A DNA stretch of 64,000 nt, taken from NCBI GenBank assembly GCA_964016885.1, contig OZ024743.1, positions 166,470,001 to 166,534,000 of the forward strand. The letters are read 5' to 3'. Each line of letters starts with the position of its first letter. Position 1 is the first letter of the stretch. The translations under genes and the position numbers were made by a program. The stretch is from Eledone cirrhosa. Its lineage: Eukaryota. This document shows, piece by piece, positions 47,011 through 60,488 of this stretch. Under the pieces are notes generated by a model. That model ran no database searches. It worked only from the letters and a program-made list of their open reading frames with translations, and was not told where the DNA came from.

Positions 47011-47439
47011 TGATTAGTTTCTAGAAAGGATGCAACAGATTTAAGCATATTATTAAAAAAATGTGACATAGTAATAATAACACTGAAAGGTATGGATAGA
47101 ATGAAGATCTGAGAGAGAAAAGATTGGCTTCTAAGTTTTAACAATATATACAATATGTAATTCCGAGAGACACATATAACAGTTTAAATATTGATGGCCA
47201 AATGGACTACGAAAAGGAGAGACTAGAAAATTGAAGAGCTTATATTTCTGAATTCAATAACAATTCAGCAGTAAAGTTAGATAAATTCTGGCTTAGTACC
47301 CTACAAAGTTTATTTTATATTTGCAGAGAGAAGGGGAAGGGGAGAAGATGTAAGCATATAAACAATGTATGAGAGGGGGAAGATTCCAGAAGAGTCCATC
47401 AGATTTAGGCATATTATTACTCAAAATTCATGACCATAG

Positions 47440-48286
47440 ATAAGAGTAGGGACCAAGATAGAGAGTTTGATTTATTTACTCCTACCTCCTTTCTTCTGAT
47501 GACTGCTAAAGCTAGCACTTTACTGCACCAACTCCAGCAATTCTTCCATTTAATTCAGCCCCGACTTCATGAAAATGGCCCTGAGATACTTGAACTTCTC
47601 CACCCGCTTCAATGGAACTCCACTCACATGTAGAGTGTACTACACTGTCATTCTTGAGAACACAAATGTCTCAATCTTTACAGCACTAATTTTCATTCCT
47701 GCCATGCAGCACTCAGCAGCAAACCTATTCAGAGCTTGTCCAACAAGTTTAAGTAGTACCATACCATCTGCAAATTCCAGCTGACTGATCCTACATCCAC
47801 AAGTATTGATGTCACTTCCAACCTGGCTGTGCATGTCAATCCTGTTCATGAAGATTATGAATAGGAGAGGTGACAATATGTACACTTAGCAGAGCCCAAC
47901 ACCCACAATCAATTGTTTTGACTTAGCACCACTAATCCAAACACAAATATTAAATAAGGACTTTGATGCAATGAGAAGCTGTCAATTGGTCCTATACTCT
48001 GGCCTTCTCCAGATCATTACAAGTGGTTTACACTTAGCTAGGACCTTGTATTGTAGTTGTTTCATTAAGAGGGCATCTGTAGTGCTCCTCCTTGACAGAA
48101 AACCAAACTATATCTAACCTGATTTTACACTTTCCTTAATCATTTGTGCTAAAACTCATTCCGTCACTTTCATAATTTGGTCCATTAGTCTTATGCTCCT
48201 TACCTTTTCCTTTACAACAATTAACAAGTATACGGCTATGCCAGTCATTGGGTATGACCTCCATTATGATTTATCTGATTGGTTAT
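47440..48286 (-). mobile_element. RTE/RTE-X RT fragments (two families)
   Basis: LSPLLFIIFMNRI...FADGMVL...GMKIS..K.E; 48000-48286 is RTE sequence that appears to continue at about 52027-52440 beyond element E. Confidence 0.65.
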
Positions 48287-51200
48287 TGTAGGGTTAGGGT
48301 GCCAGAAGTGCTGGGAAGGTCTTGCTGGAAACAAGGAGCCAGTGACATGACAGAGTTCGCAATCCTTTTGGGCTCTCTTTGATCAGAACACGGCACTGTG
48401 TGGACATGCATGTTCATGAGTACTATGGTTGTGTGTGAGAGACTCTCTGTATTTTTTGGCCAGACATAAAACAGGTGAACATCTGCGCAGGGAGATTCAG
48501 TCCGGACTCGAGTGGAGACGCAAAGCTAGGTCTCTTTGCTTCTTCATGACAAACTATTTTTGGCACCAATTTTTAAAATTATCATTTACTTTTTATGATC
48601 TCACAGACGATATGGCGACAAAAATAAGAATAGGTAGCGATGCAGTCAAAGCCTTCAGCGGTGAGGACATTATTGATTGGATTAGAAAGATGAAATTGGT
48701 TGTCACACTACAAGGCATCGAAAATGTGGTTGCCCACATGTCACTGTGTTTTGATGGCATTAGCATTATACCTCAAAATGGACCAATCAAACCAATTGAA
48801 TGTGAAGAATATAGAGCAACGCCTAAGGAGGCATTCACTGTGGGACTTTATGCTGCTTTCGCCAAGCTAGGCAAAGGGAAATGGATGGGAGAGCAGTTGA
48901 ACATATTTACAGCAGAAATCTGGAGGTTCGCTATGTTAGCTGAATTCACAGGAGAGAATCTTGAAAGGGATGTGTGGATGGTGTTTGTGAACGGTTTCCC
49001 TGACAAAATTTCAGTGAGGCTCCAACAGTTGCTGGGCAACAACAAAATGGTCATGAGCTAGCTAATCACACAGTGACATGAGGCGTTAGCAGGGATGGAA
49101 ACCCATAGCAGTCAACAGCAATTGATGAATGATGAGGGGAGAAGAGACCCCGTGAGTGCTCAGCCGCAGGTGTTCACAGGCCAATGCTTCAGGTGTCAGG
49201 ATCCGCACATGGTAAGGGACTGTAGGGAGCTGAATCCTGAAATAATTTGCTACGGATGGAAGTGGGCAAGCCACATCACCAACAATTGTGACCAGGGAAA
49301 CGGTCAGAGGGGAGTTATTGCACCGGTAGCGATTAGTGGTGCTCTTGCAGTCGCTGTCTGTAGTGGAAGTTCTGGTGTGTGTGTGGAGGGAGCTGTCACA
49401 AGTCCTTGTGCACAACAACATTAGTGACTCCACAGGTGGTTAAAAAGTGGAATGGAATGAGTAGTGTAAGATCTGTCGACAGCAGAGAGATTAGATGCAG
49501 AGGTAGCAGTGAGGTGGAGATGGCGGTACGAGGAATAAAAATAAGCTGCAGGCGATCGTGATTGACCACGTGGTGGATAGAATTGATGTAGTAATGGGCA
49601 CAGAAACAATTGGCTGCTTAGTGAGTGAGGATGGAGTAACGTTTGGTAGTACAGGAACACCATGCGCCGAGAGTGTGCAATAGAACAGGGACATCAACAC
49701 ATGTAGAAACGTGTTGATCATACCATACAAGATAAGGATTTCAGGGCTGTGTTTGAAGGTCAGCAGTGGATAGTTGAGTGGTACTGGAAAGGAGAGCCCC
49801 CGGCGTTGAAGAACAGAGTGAGCTGTTCTCAGCATAGCCTGAAAGGAGTTTGAGGATGAGGTGCAAATATTGATCGAGGACCTATTAATCCCTTAGAAGG
49901 AGGAGATAATGAGTGGAGTGTGGCCGGTAATGGCACTAGTGTTACCAACAAAGAACAAGGTCAGGCCACTGCTGGATTTTCATGAACTGAATGATCACGT
50001 CTTGTCACACAGGCGGCGAGGTCATAGATGTCTACGAGGAAACATTGCAAGAGTGGAGACAAATGACGATGGCCTCCATGATTGTTGGTATATCTGCAGC
50101 TCAGAAACTGTGCAAGTATCAGCTGGTCAGGTATAGGGCCAGACATATTGCCTGACCAGGCTGGGGTTCGGCTTGAATTTAACACCAAAGATCCTGGCGA
50201 TGGTTCTCAAAGTCTTCTGGGGAAGAGGGCCATCAATTCCTACATCAACAATATCTTGGCAGATGAGACTGTGGTGTTGGCAACAGAGGTCTCAAGCCAC
50301 CTAGGTAAGTTTGGGTTAACTGTGAAACCGCCAGAGGCGATGGTAGGAGGAGCTACATTGGGACTCAAGCTGCAAAGAGACAAGACGAGCACACTGGTAT
50401 TTTGGAAATGAAGTCCCAGAACTGGGAAATTGGTGGGCCACTATCCAATCACAGGGTGTCTCCAAACAGCATGCATCTATGTCAAGAGACAAGCAGATGG
50501 GGAGAAAAAGGAGAGAGAGGACGGTGACTATGATGTGGGAGATCATGGAGAGGGTAAAGGTGGATGACCCAGTAAGAGGAAGCTGATACATACCAAAATT
50601 GAAGAATTGGACCGTATGGTGTGATGCCAGCAGTATAGCACTAGGGGTCACTCTGGAAATAGAGTGCGTTGAGGTCGAGGACACAGCCTGGCTCAGGAAG
50701 GAGGGCTGTAACCACATCAATGTGGCCAAATTGGATGCAATGCTGAGGGGAGTCAATCTCGCCCTGAGATGGGAGCTGCGGACCAGAGATTTGTACTGAT
50801 TCAGCCACTGTACTTGGATGGGCGAGATCAGTGCTGACCAATGAGAGTTGGGTACGAATGTGAGGGGCAGCAGAAATCTTAATAAAATGCTGCCTGAAGT
50901 TAAGTTGGTCTTTGTGCCCTTTGAGAAAAGGGGATAGCTGTACTGTGTCGGCTGAGTGACTCGGAGTTGAGGAGTCTGCATACCCAGCATCATATGGGAG
51001 TGGATAGGACCCTATTCTTAGCCAAAAGAGTTGCGACAGGTATCAGTCTATCAACCCCACTTCGGGTGTGCATGAGGCAGGTAATATCCCAGTGGATGTG
51101 ACACACTATTGACAGAGGATGTATCTCTTGATGGTCAATTGTGGACCAGAGTGGATGGCAATATGTAGGGAGATGAAGACGGGGACTGCAGAAAGAGATA

Positions 51201-52021
51201 TTCTTGGAATGGAGCCCTGTGGATGAACTGTTGATGGATAACAGCACAATGTTTTGCTTGGAGCTGCTCGATGGGTGGAATGTGAGCCGTTTCTTCAGAG
51301 TGGAAATCGAAGCGTGAACAGACATCATTGCGGAGAGAAGACATTTCACCAATGGAGGTGGTGTTCTGGTACAACACGTCTCCTAGGGTGGGACAGGCTG
51401 AGGATTCAGTGCCACATAGGGCGATATATAGATATGAATGGTGACATCTGTGCATAGCATCACAACAACCTATAGAGGAAAGAGAATGCATTCGTACAAG
51501 TGAGCGAAGAAGTCTGGGTCAAGCTTTCGAATGCACATTGCTCATCTCAGAGGGAAAGGGAATGGTAATGGCTGTAAATTCCCAAAACACGTCTGTGGAC
51601 GGTACGTCATGTCACATCCTGGATGTCCATAGTCGTTGATTTGATGGACTTTGGAGAAGAGAATGAAAGCACTGCCCCAACTGTGCAAAGATTACAAGAG
51701 GATGACAAACTTTGACATGGAGTAATATGATGGGGTGATTGATCCTTGAGATCATGGTTCTATGTGGGACTAGGGTGCCAGAAGAGCAAGGGAAGTCTTG
51801 CCAGAAGCAAGAGGCCAGTGATGTGAAAACAGAGTTTGCAGGCCTTTAGCACTCTCTTTGGTCAGGATGTGGTACTGTGTGGACGTACATGTTCATGAGT
51901 GCTATGATTGTGTGAGAGACTGTATTTTTTGGCTAGATGTAAAACAAGTGAACACCTGCACAAGGAGATCCAGTCCCGACTCGAGTGGAAATGTAAAGGC
52001 AGATCTCTTTTCTTCATCACA
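48287..52021 (+). mobile_element. Gypsy-like LTR retrotransposon E, old and degenerate, short LTRs
   Basis: LTRs 48287-48551 and 51763-52021 (TGT.GG..TAGGGTGCCAGAAG...TTCTTCAT.ACA); TSD (G/A)TTAT; gag with CFRC..PH..RDC knuckle; RT KVRPLLDFHELN; RNaseH VWCDASSIALGV...HINVAKL; integrase remnants. Confidence 0.82.
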
Positions 52022-53149
52022 ATTATGAGGATGACTAGTTTGGTTTCAGCTTTTCAGCCACTACTGCTGATAGACTGGCGGCTTTATCCTTTTTCATTTC
52101 CTTAATTGATTCTTTAACCCCATAACTGTTAATTTCGATAGCTTGGTCCTCTGTTGTGTCAGCTGAGAGTAGTCTCACTTCATATAATAGCATTTCCAGG
52201 TCTTTCTTTTGAGCGTCAGTGATGCTAAGTGCACCAGTATCATGTCAAACACTTTTCCCCAACATCCAGCTTCTCACATCTCTAATCCTCCTGCTTTGTG
52301 CGCTATATACACCAGTAGTTTTGGATTTCTTTTAGCTCTTTGCTACCCCCAGTTTTCCACAATCATGTTACCCTCTGTTTGGCTGGTGCTCTACTCCATT
52401 GGTTTACATAGAAATATCCAATTGCACATGATATAATTCCCCCTGCTTATCTTATACAGTACGTTGACCATTTCTGAACTTATATTTAACTATATTGTCC
52501 CTCTGTGTATCTTGTTCTACAAACATTTCTAGTTTTACAGTTTATCTATATGTTTACCTTGCAGATTATACAATTTCTATCAGAATGGAGAAATTCTGCT
52601 GATTAGGGATTTCATGGGAATTCCTGATATTTCTACTACCTCCATTTTAGTTTATCTAAAGCCTTTCTAAATTTATGAGATAAGTTACATCAACAAACAT
52701 CAGACAGGTATTTTTTGTTGTCACACAAGTTGACTTTATCTACCTTTGTTATCCTCTCTATTCTGTTCGATAATTTGCTCCCATCTGCATCTTTTTCTGA
52801 GTTTTCATTTTTGCCCTCTGATTCTGTCTCTCGGAAAAATGGAGAGATTATATAATTCACTAGCAACAAGTCTGTAGAAAGCTTGCTTAAATACATTCAA
52901 TCAATGTAACTATTTCCGAAGCTCGAATCTCTGTATAACACCCAAGAAATCTATATTAAATACCCAACTATATTTTTCCAATCCTAAATTACTTCTTCCT
53001 ATTCTACACAAGCCTATGTAAGAGTTACCCCCTATCCCTTATATAACTGGTGACCGAACACCACAAGCTCTCACCTCTACCATAAGAACTCACATCCTAT
53101 CAACATACATTTCAAAGATGCTGCAGAAATAATTCCACTGTGTATATGA

Positions 53150-54275
53150 TAGATGAAAATGTGAATTTAATCTAATTTTGGATATATATTTTTTATGAAA
53201 TTTACTACATCTGCAAGGAGTATTTAAAAACACTTAATTATCTTCAAACTAAATAAGTGTTTTATTTCTTTCACAATCCCCATGGGAGATAAAAATGCTA
53301 AGATATGCAGTCATTACTGTGATACGTGCAGAATATATTTAGAATTTGCCAACTTTCTGAATGTTACATCTTTTGTACACAAAGTTTGAATGGAATTGAA
53401 AGCCACTGGTAAGAATATTTCAACTGTAGGAAAGAGAAAAATACATTAAACCTTCTGACACTATAAGGAGACTACAATTCATCCAGTGAGTTCAAAGTAT
53501 TATTGAAAATGATCCTGGAAAATCAATGAGGTCTATTGCCAAAGAACTTCAGGTATCAGAGTGGACTATCAGAACTGATAGGACATTCAATACAAGGTAT
53601 ATGAATCAAGGGGAAACCAATTCATGTCTTCAAAGACAGGAAAACCATTTGATCAGTGTCAAACAGTTTCTTAGCAAGGTTAAAAACTCTCATGAACATG
53701 GCTGCTTTGGTTCTTCTCTGATAAGAAAATCTTTGACCAAGACCAAAATTTTAACAGAAATGGCAAATGGTTATGTGCATCAATGTGATGGTTTTAGGAG
53801 TGGTGTGTAATGAAGGTCATGTCATACCATCTCGTATCTTTCCACAAGGTCTTAGAAATAATGCTGCTTGATACATTGAGGTGATGGAGACAGTTGTTAA
53901 GCCCTGGATTTCTCACAAAACCCACATAATACAAGATCATGTAACTACTTCAAACTCACCAGACTTAAATCTCATGGACTACTATGTTTGGAACATTGAA
54001 GGGAGACTAGTTGACATCCTCACAATGCCATAGCTTCACTGAAGGCCACCATTGTCCAGGTGATGTCTGAAATGAATAATGACCATTTATTGAAGGCATG
54101 TCAGTGATTCTGGTTCCATATCAAAGCAGTCATCGAAGTCTAAAGTCGATTCATAAAATAATCTTATAAGAAAGCTTATTAAGAATATGTGCACAAATTT
54201 TTATTAAAATACATTTGGTTTTCGCTAGATTAGAGTTGTTTTATTAAATTACCAAATACCCTTCACATTCTGTAT
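53150..54275 (+). mobile_element. Tc1/mariner-superfamily transposase relic (maT/DD37D-like)
   Basis: SMRSIAKELQVSEWTIR (HTH); FFSD.K.F; VMVLGVV.NEG.V.P..F; YIEV.ETVVKPWI; NSPDLNLMDYYVW; KAC..F...AVIE. Boundaries are approximate. Confidence 0.75.
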
Positions 54276-54342
54276 ATAAAACATATATACTCACACACAC
54301 ACACTACAGATACCATTCTGGGTAGCTTTTTCTGCATTTATT

Positions 54343-54344
54343 AT

Positions 54345-54371
<27 letters not shown>
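54343..54371. repeat. (TAA)n microsatellite
   Basis: Direct reading. Confidence 0.9.
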
Positions 54372-54376
<5 letters not shown>

Positions 54377-55597
54377 TAACAAACTGTAATCTTTCAATTT
54401 TCCGATACATTACATGAGGATGAAAATATAAATAAAAAATGGGTATTAATGTCTGTATTGGATTATTTTGCTACAGTTGATCTTTTTTAGATCTTTGCAA
54501 TGAAAATATGCCAAATGTGTGTGTGTGTGTGTGTGTGTGTAACATGACTTGTTTATATTTAATAGTGAAGAGCAAGCATAAAGGTCTTTCAAAGTTATGA
54601 GAAGATCACATGAAGTGTACATGGGTTTTTTTTCCCCACCTTTCAAACAAACATTGGAGTCAAGTTTATATAGGTTTATTCAGAAAATAATCACAAGTAG
54701 CAAAACTAGTGCCAACAAATTGAAAATAATCACAACTCAATACTGATAACTATTATCTTCCATTGAAGATTGTATATACTACAGTGTGCAAATAGTTAAC
54801 AACTCATGTTGGGTAAAGTCTAAGGTATTTAAAAAAAGTTCTTAGTAACTATTAACAGAAAAAAAAAAAAAAAGAAAATTCATTAATCTTGGTTAACAGC
54901 AAAAACCACATATTCATTTTTTATATACCAAATTTGAATGCCTATTGGGCCATTACTTAAAGTTTTGTTGTATCAACAAGACCGTCTCTGGATAATATTT
55001 CAACGAAAAATGCATTTTTGTCACTGACACAACCCCTGAAGAATTGTGGTTAACATGAAACTCTAGTAAATAATATGCATGTGTGTGTATATATATATAT
55101 AAATATATATACACACACACACACATATATATATACATATACATATATGGAATGGAACTTCATTGGTTTTGACGATCAGTGTTTCAGTTGTTTAATCAAC
55201 GGAATAGCCTGCTTGTGAAATCAGTGAACATTCTGCAGATACATATAACCCTGATCGTAATTCTCAGGGAGATTTAGAGTGACAGAGTGTCTGGCCTTTT
55301 TCAATTACAGGTAAAGTCCATTTGACAGGGTTCTAAAGTCTCTGCCTACTAAATTTCACTCATAAATTATGGTGTGGCAGTGGCTATGGTAAATGACACT
55401 TACACAAGATGCCATGCAGTGGGATCAAATCTGGGACCTTATGATTGCGAAGCAAACTCCTAAACCATTTGGCCATGCTGCCACCATATATATATATATA
55501 TATATATACATATATAATTTCAACTTTATCTACTAATATGTACTAAGAACCTCTTTACATTGTAGCTCAAAATTATATATATATATATATATATATA

Positions 55598-55675
55598 CAG
55601 AGTGTCCCCAAAACTGTATATATATTTGCCTGTACAGGTAATCAAGGTGTGTATACATTTTTGGGAGACACCGTG
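55598..55675. mobile_element. Tiny Tc1-like MITE inserted in (TA)n
   Basis: TA|CAGAGTGTCCCCAAAACTGTATA ... TATACATTTTTGGGAGACACCGTG, imperfect TIRs. Confidence 0.65.
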
Positions 55676-55944
55676 TGTATATATATACATATATATATAT
55701 ATTTGTAACATATATATAATGTATATATTCACACACTTCTAAATATACACATATACTCCAAACATTCATAAACACATGCAGATGAGAATGGGGAAAGAAA
55801 AGAAATCTGAAAAATCACAATCAATCACAAAAATTATATGACTGATGGAGTATTTATACATGTCAATGCATTTCATTTGTTAGCCTCTCTCATTCTCCCT
55901 TTCACTCATCCCCTCTACTTGTATTTAACATCCAACCATCATAA

Positions 55945-56170
55945 TATTAATGTTTCTAATTTAGGCACAAGGCCTACAATTTTTTTGGGAAAGGGAAAGC
56001 CGATTATACTGACACCAGTACTTTACTGGTACTTTATTTAATCGACTCTGTAAGGATGAAAGGCAAAGTTTACCTCAGCGTGATTGGAACTCAGAATGTA
56101 AAGTGCCAAAACTAAATGCTGATAAGCATTTTGTCTGACGCTCCAATGATTCTACCAATCCACCACCCAA
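55945..56170 (-). mobile_element. SINE (related subfamily with Nin/Deu-like domain)
   Basis: GTTTCTAATTTAGGCACAAGGCC...CTGGTACTTTATTTAATCGAC...GGATGAAAGGCAAAG...GAACTCAG...CAATCCACCACCC. Confidence 0.8.
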
Positions 56171-57204
56171 ATAATAATAATAAAATAAAAGGAAAACAGA
56201 AATATGTTGCAGTTTAGCCAGAATTGAAATCTGTAGTAATTTTAACCCAACTCTAAAATAGTGTGAGTAATTATTATTTCCTCTTACAAGGTTGCATTTC
56301 ATTTGAGGCTTTATGCATGTTTTAATGATGGGAGAGAGGGAGTCCCATCAGGAAAAGCAATGTAAAATAAAGCATCTTGTTCAAGAACACGTGCTGCCGG
56401 GTCAGGAAGCAAACCCATGACCTTATGATTGTGAGTCCAACACTGTAATCACTAGGCCATGAACCTTCAAATAGTAAAAAATATTTAAAAATTAACAAAT
56501 AAATGAAAACAAATAGCCTTTAAAAATTTTCCCCCTTTTTTATCTTCCCTAAATAAAAAATTACCTTTGCTAAAAAATTTCATTTATGTTTATTTCTACT
56601 AGTCATAAAGGAAATTTTTTTAGCAAAGGTAATTTCCAAACAAACAATAGAGAACTAAGGTATTCTTTTGCTATTTTGATTACATACCTAACCCCAACCC
56701 ACCAAACAGAAGGCTGCAACAGATAAACCATTTGTGACTCCACAATTTCTTGGTTTTCCTTTAGAATAATAATAATGATTTTATTTACTGGAATTTTTAA
56801 AGGTTTATATATATATATATATATATATATTACTTGAAACATTGATATGACCATCTAAAAATGTCTTGTTTTCTTATGTGTATGTGTGTATGTGTGTGTG
56901 TATGTGTGTGTGTCAGTTTTATCTTATTTTGACTTTCACCACAGATGAATTGCTCTCTTCACTCAAACTGAAAGTGGCTACAGTTGTTGAGGTACCATTT
57001 CTGCTCCATTTAAGTTGATGGCTGGATGGAAATAATTTTACTTTTACTACTTCTTAATCCTTTCTTGAACGCCGTCTTCTGAGAAAGAAAACAAAAAGAT
57101 AAAAAAAATATATATCAATGTTTTCTATTATTATAAAGATTAAACAATTTTAATAACTAACATAAATGTAGGTTAAGAAATATATGTATATATTTATCAT
57201 GATC

Positions 57205-58715
57205 AATCATCACCACCATCGTTTAACGTCTATTTTTTCCCCCCACTTGCACATATGGAAAATGATGAGTATGTTGACATATATCTATATGCCATCAGAA
57301 TCTGACTCACAGGTTAAGGGAATCACATCTTGATTATATGTTCCCTTTTTGGCATGATTTCTACAACTGCATACCTTTCCTAATGCGAACTGCTTTACAG
57401 AGTATACTAGGTACATTTTATTGTTGCACCAGCACTAGGCACTAGGGAAGATGTCATGTTCTAGGCATAACTGAAGAATTTTCCTGACCATTTGTTAGAC
57501 AGGTTTTCTAAGGCTGGGTGCGTTTACATGTCGACCAACACTAGAGTGTGTGGCCTTCCTATCACTAACCACCTTATAGGGTGTACTGCGTGCATTTATT
57601 GTGGCATTGGCATTAGAGAGCTTGTAATCACTGACTCAACTGAAGCGCCTTCTCTACCCTACAGATGGAGTGGGATGTATGGCATGGGTACCAGCATGTC
57701 ATGGACAGGTGCCAAATGTTTGGAGGGATTCAACAGAGTAAGGGGTGATGGATAGGAAACCTCAGGTGGTGAAAACACATATTGGGGAGGAGAGAAACCT
57801 ATGACTGGTATATCAGGCTTTAGGGGTGGGGATATTGAAAAGTCAAGTGTCTGAAATTATCTGATTAAATGTCAGCTATAAGCATGCTTGGGTGGCTTTT
57901 ACTGTCCCCACAAGTCCACCCCTAGTTTCCTAAGTGCCCACCAGATTACAGAACAGGTGACCCTGTCAAAAGCTTTCTCTAGGTCAACAAATGCTAAGTA
58001 GAGGGGTTTACTTTTTGCTAGATACTTCTCCTGCAATTGCCTTATAAGGAAAAGAGCATCAGTAGTTTTCTGTCTAGTGCATCACCTTTTCCCTTGTAGA
58101 AATTGATGATGCTGCTGCTATGCCAGTCATTGGGTAAAGTACCATTTTATATTACTTGGTTTACAATATAGATGGTTATGCTGACCTAGCATCCCAGATG
58201 CTTTCAGCATCTTGCCAACTATTCCTGATGGCCTAGCTGCTTTGCTTGTTATCATATCCTTAATTACCTTACTACACTGCTGCCGACTTGTACTGCTGGT
58301 CCCTTGGGGTTGGCTATCTTCTGCCCATGCATTCACCTCATTTATCAGTCTCTCATAATGACACTTCCATGCTGTCTTATTTTCGGCATCAATGAGGGAA
58401 CATGCACCTTTGTCATCTCAGACACACTTCTCCCCAACATCACAATTTCCCCTGACACACTGCAGAAGACCTGTCTTCCCATAGGCTTGAGCTGAGACAT
58501 ATATCTAATAGGCCCCCATGTGTCAAGACAAAAGCACCCAGTCCACACTGTAATGTGGTCATGTAGGTGACACGAAAAAAAGCATCCAGCTGTAGAAACC
58601 AAGCCAAAATCAGTCTCATGTGAGCGAAACACGGTCCTCTGACCTGATTTTCTCCTAAAGGGTCAACCCATCCCACCCATGCTAGTGTGGAAAATGGACA
58701 TTAAATGATGATGAT
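57205..58715. mobile_element. Jumbled RTE LINE fragments and tails in both orientations
   Basis: CATCGTTTAACGTC tail at about 57215; minus-strand RT pieces 57960-58500 (FLIRQLQEKYLAKSKPLYLAFVDLEKAFDRV); plus-strand tail GGACATTAAATGATGATGATG at about 58700. Confidence 0.65.
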
Positions 58716-59194
58716 GGCACTGCTTTGCGATCTTGAACAATTCACGTCTTTGGTTCTCACGTTGCATAACATGCATACACTTTTTATTTTTAGGAGTCAC
58801 TCTCCTACTCCCTGGGCTTATAGCCTTCAGAAGATTATCTCTATATTGTATGTCATTATTTCTTCTTCCTTATTGTTATACACATATATATATAACAACA
58901 AAATCATTTTTCTTACTATTTAACATATAAGTGTCCACTCTAATTTCCTTGGGCTGGTATTTTAATGATACTGACTTAGGCTCTCTCCTGTCCTCCTTTT
59001 TCCATATCTTTTCTGCCTACACTTCATTTTGAATATGCATTCCCCACCCCCTTACTCCATGTGTGAATATATAAATGCATAATAATTTAAAGTGAAAGCC
59101 CAAGTCCTCCTCGATTTCATCTGATTCTACCATCCTATTATCTTCCTCTGTTAGTTCATTCATTATACACATTGTTATTATCTTTCAGCAGAGT

Positions 59195-59535
59195 TATGGC
59201 GCTTTACGTTCTGGGTTCAAATTTTGCCGAGGTTAACTTTGCCTTTCATCCTTATGGGGTCCATAAAATAAAGTACCAGTAATGCGCTGGAAGTAATTGC
59301 TGGCATTGTGCCAAAAGTAGAAACAATTATCCTTATTTTTCAGGACGGTGTATTGGCAGTATCGGTAGAGGGTCGGACGCCATGCTTTGCAGCAAAGAGT
59401 TACGGCCATTTACGCCCTGAATTCAAATCCCGCCGAGGTTAATTTTACCTTTCATCCTAACGAGGTCGATAAAATAAAGTACCAGTAATACACTGTGATA
59501 ATTGCTGGCCTTGTGCCAAAAGTAGAAACAATTAT
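59195..59535 (+). mobile_element. Two tandem SINE copies (one truncated, one full)
   Basis: Both contain GTTCAAAT/ATTCAAAT...GAGGTTAA.TTT.CCTTTCATCC...AAAGTAGAAACAATTAT; the second has the A-box TGGCAGTATCGG at about 59354. Confidence 0.85.
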
Positions 59536-59659
59536 TTTCCAGTAACTTTACTATGATCTCGAATCGACCCCTTTCAATCAAAAATATTCTATCTGCTCTA
59601 TCTCTCTGTCTCTAATTTTTACTTTCACAGAGCCCAAACCTCTTTTTTTAGCCCTAGGT

Positions 59660-60488
59660 CCGCTCTTAAAACCTCCATTTCCCCCCTCGCCCACCCCATA
59701 GTTATTTGGACCAATCAAATTCCAACAGCACATAGTATGTTTCACTAAACCAAATTTCTATCACAAAAGCCACTACTTCGGCTACTACTCCTCCTAAACA
59801 TTATTATAGACCTGGTTGTAGCTCTGTATGATGAATGGGCTACAGAGTTGGAGCACTCATAAAGATGAAAATGGATTCACCTCCCATCTCTGGTCAACTA
59901 TGCAAATACTCCATTTTATTTCAGGCATGGAAAACCAAAGCCAACACAAATCCATCTCCCACTCTTCTCCCCCACTCTCTCTCAGTGAACTCCAGAGTTG
60001 GTACCATGAATGTAGGCATGATGAAAGGATGATCAAGTGAGATTGTAGAGAGGCTTGAACAAAAGAAAGTTAATGTTTCCTGTGTACAAGAGACTATATG
60101 GAGGGTAGGGTCAGCTAGATTTCTTGTGGGCAAAAAACGATGATACAAATTTTTCTGGGTGCGTGGAGTAGGAATTATGTTAGCAGAAAAATGGGTAGAT
60201 AAGGTAATTGGTGTAAATAGAGTGAACAACAGAATCACTAACTTTAGACTAGTTCTAAATAGAACAACCGTGTCAATTATATCTGCTTATGCACCCCAAT
60301 CTGGTCTACCAGATGTTATAAAAGACAGGTTTTATGAGTCCCTAATGCACACTTCTTTCGAAATAAGCAGCAGTGACTACATAATCATTGCTGGTGACTT
60401 TAATGGGAATGTTGGACAACACTGCGATGGCTACGAGATCCATGGAGGTTTTACTAGAAATGGGGAAGGTTTCACCATCCTGGAATTA
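59660..60488 (+). mobile_element. RTE LINE 5' part (UTR plus APE)
   Basis: VGTMNVG; GVGIMLAEKWVDKV; IISAYAPQ; AGDFNGNVG; homologous to 46100-47010. Confidence 0.85.

Noticed and set aside
52690-52896. 68-aa charged ORF as a host exon
   Set aside because: No recognisable domain or clear splice sites; adjacent to degraded LINE sequence
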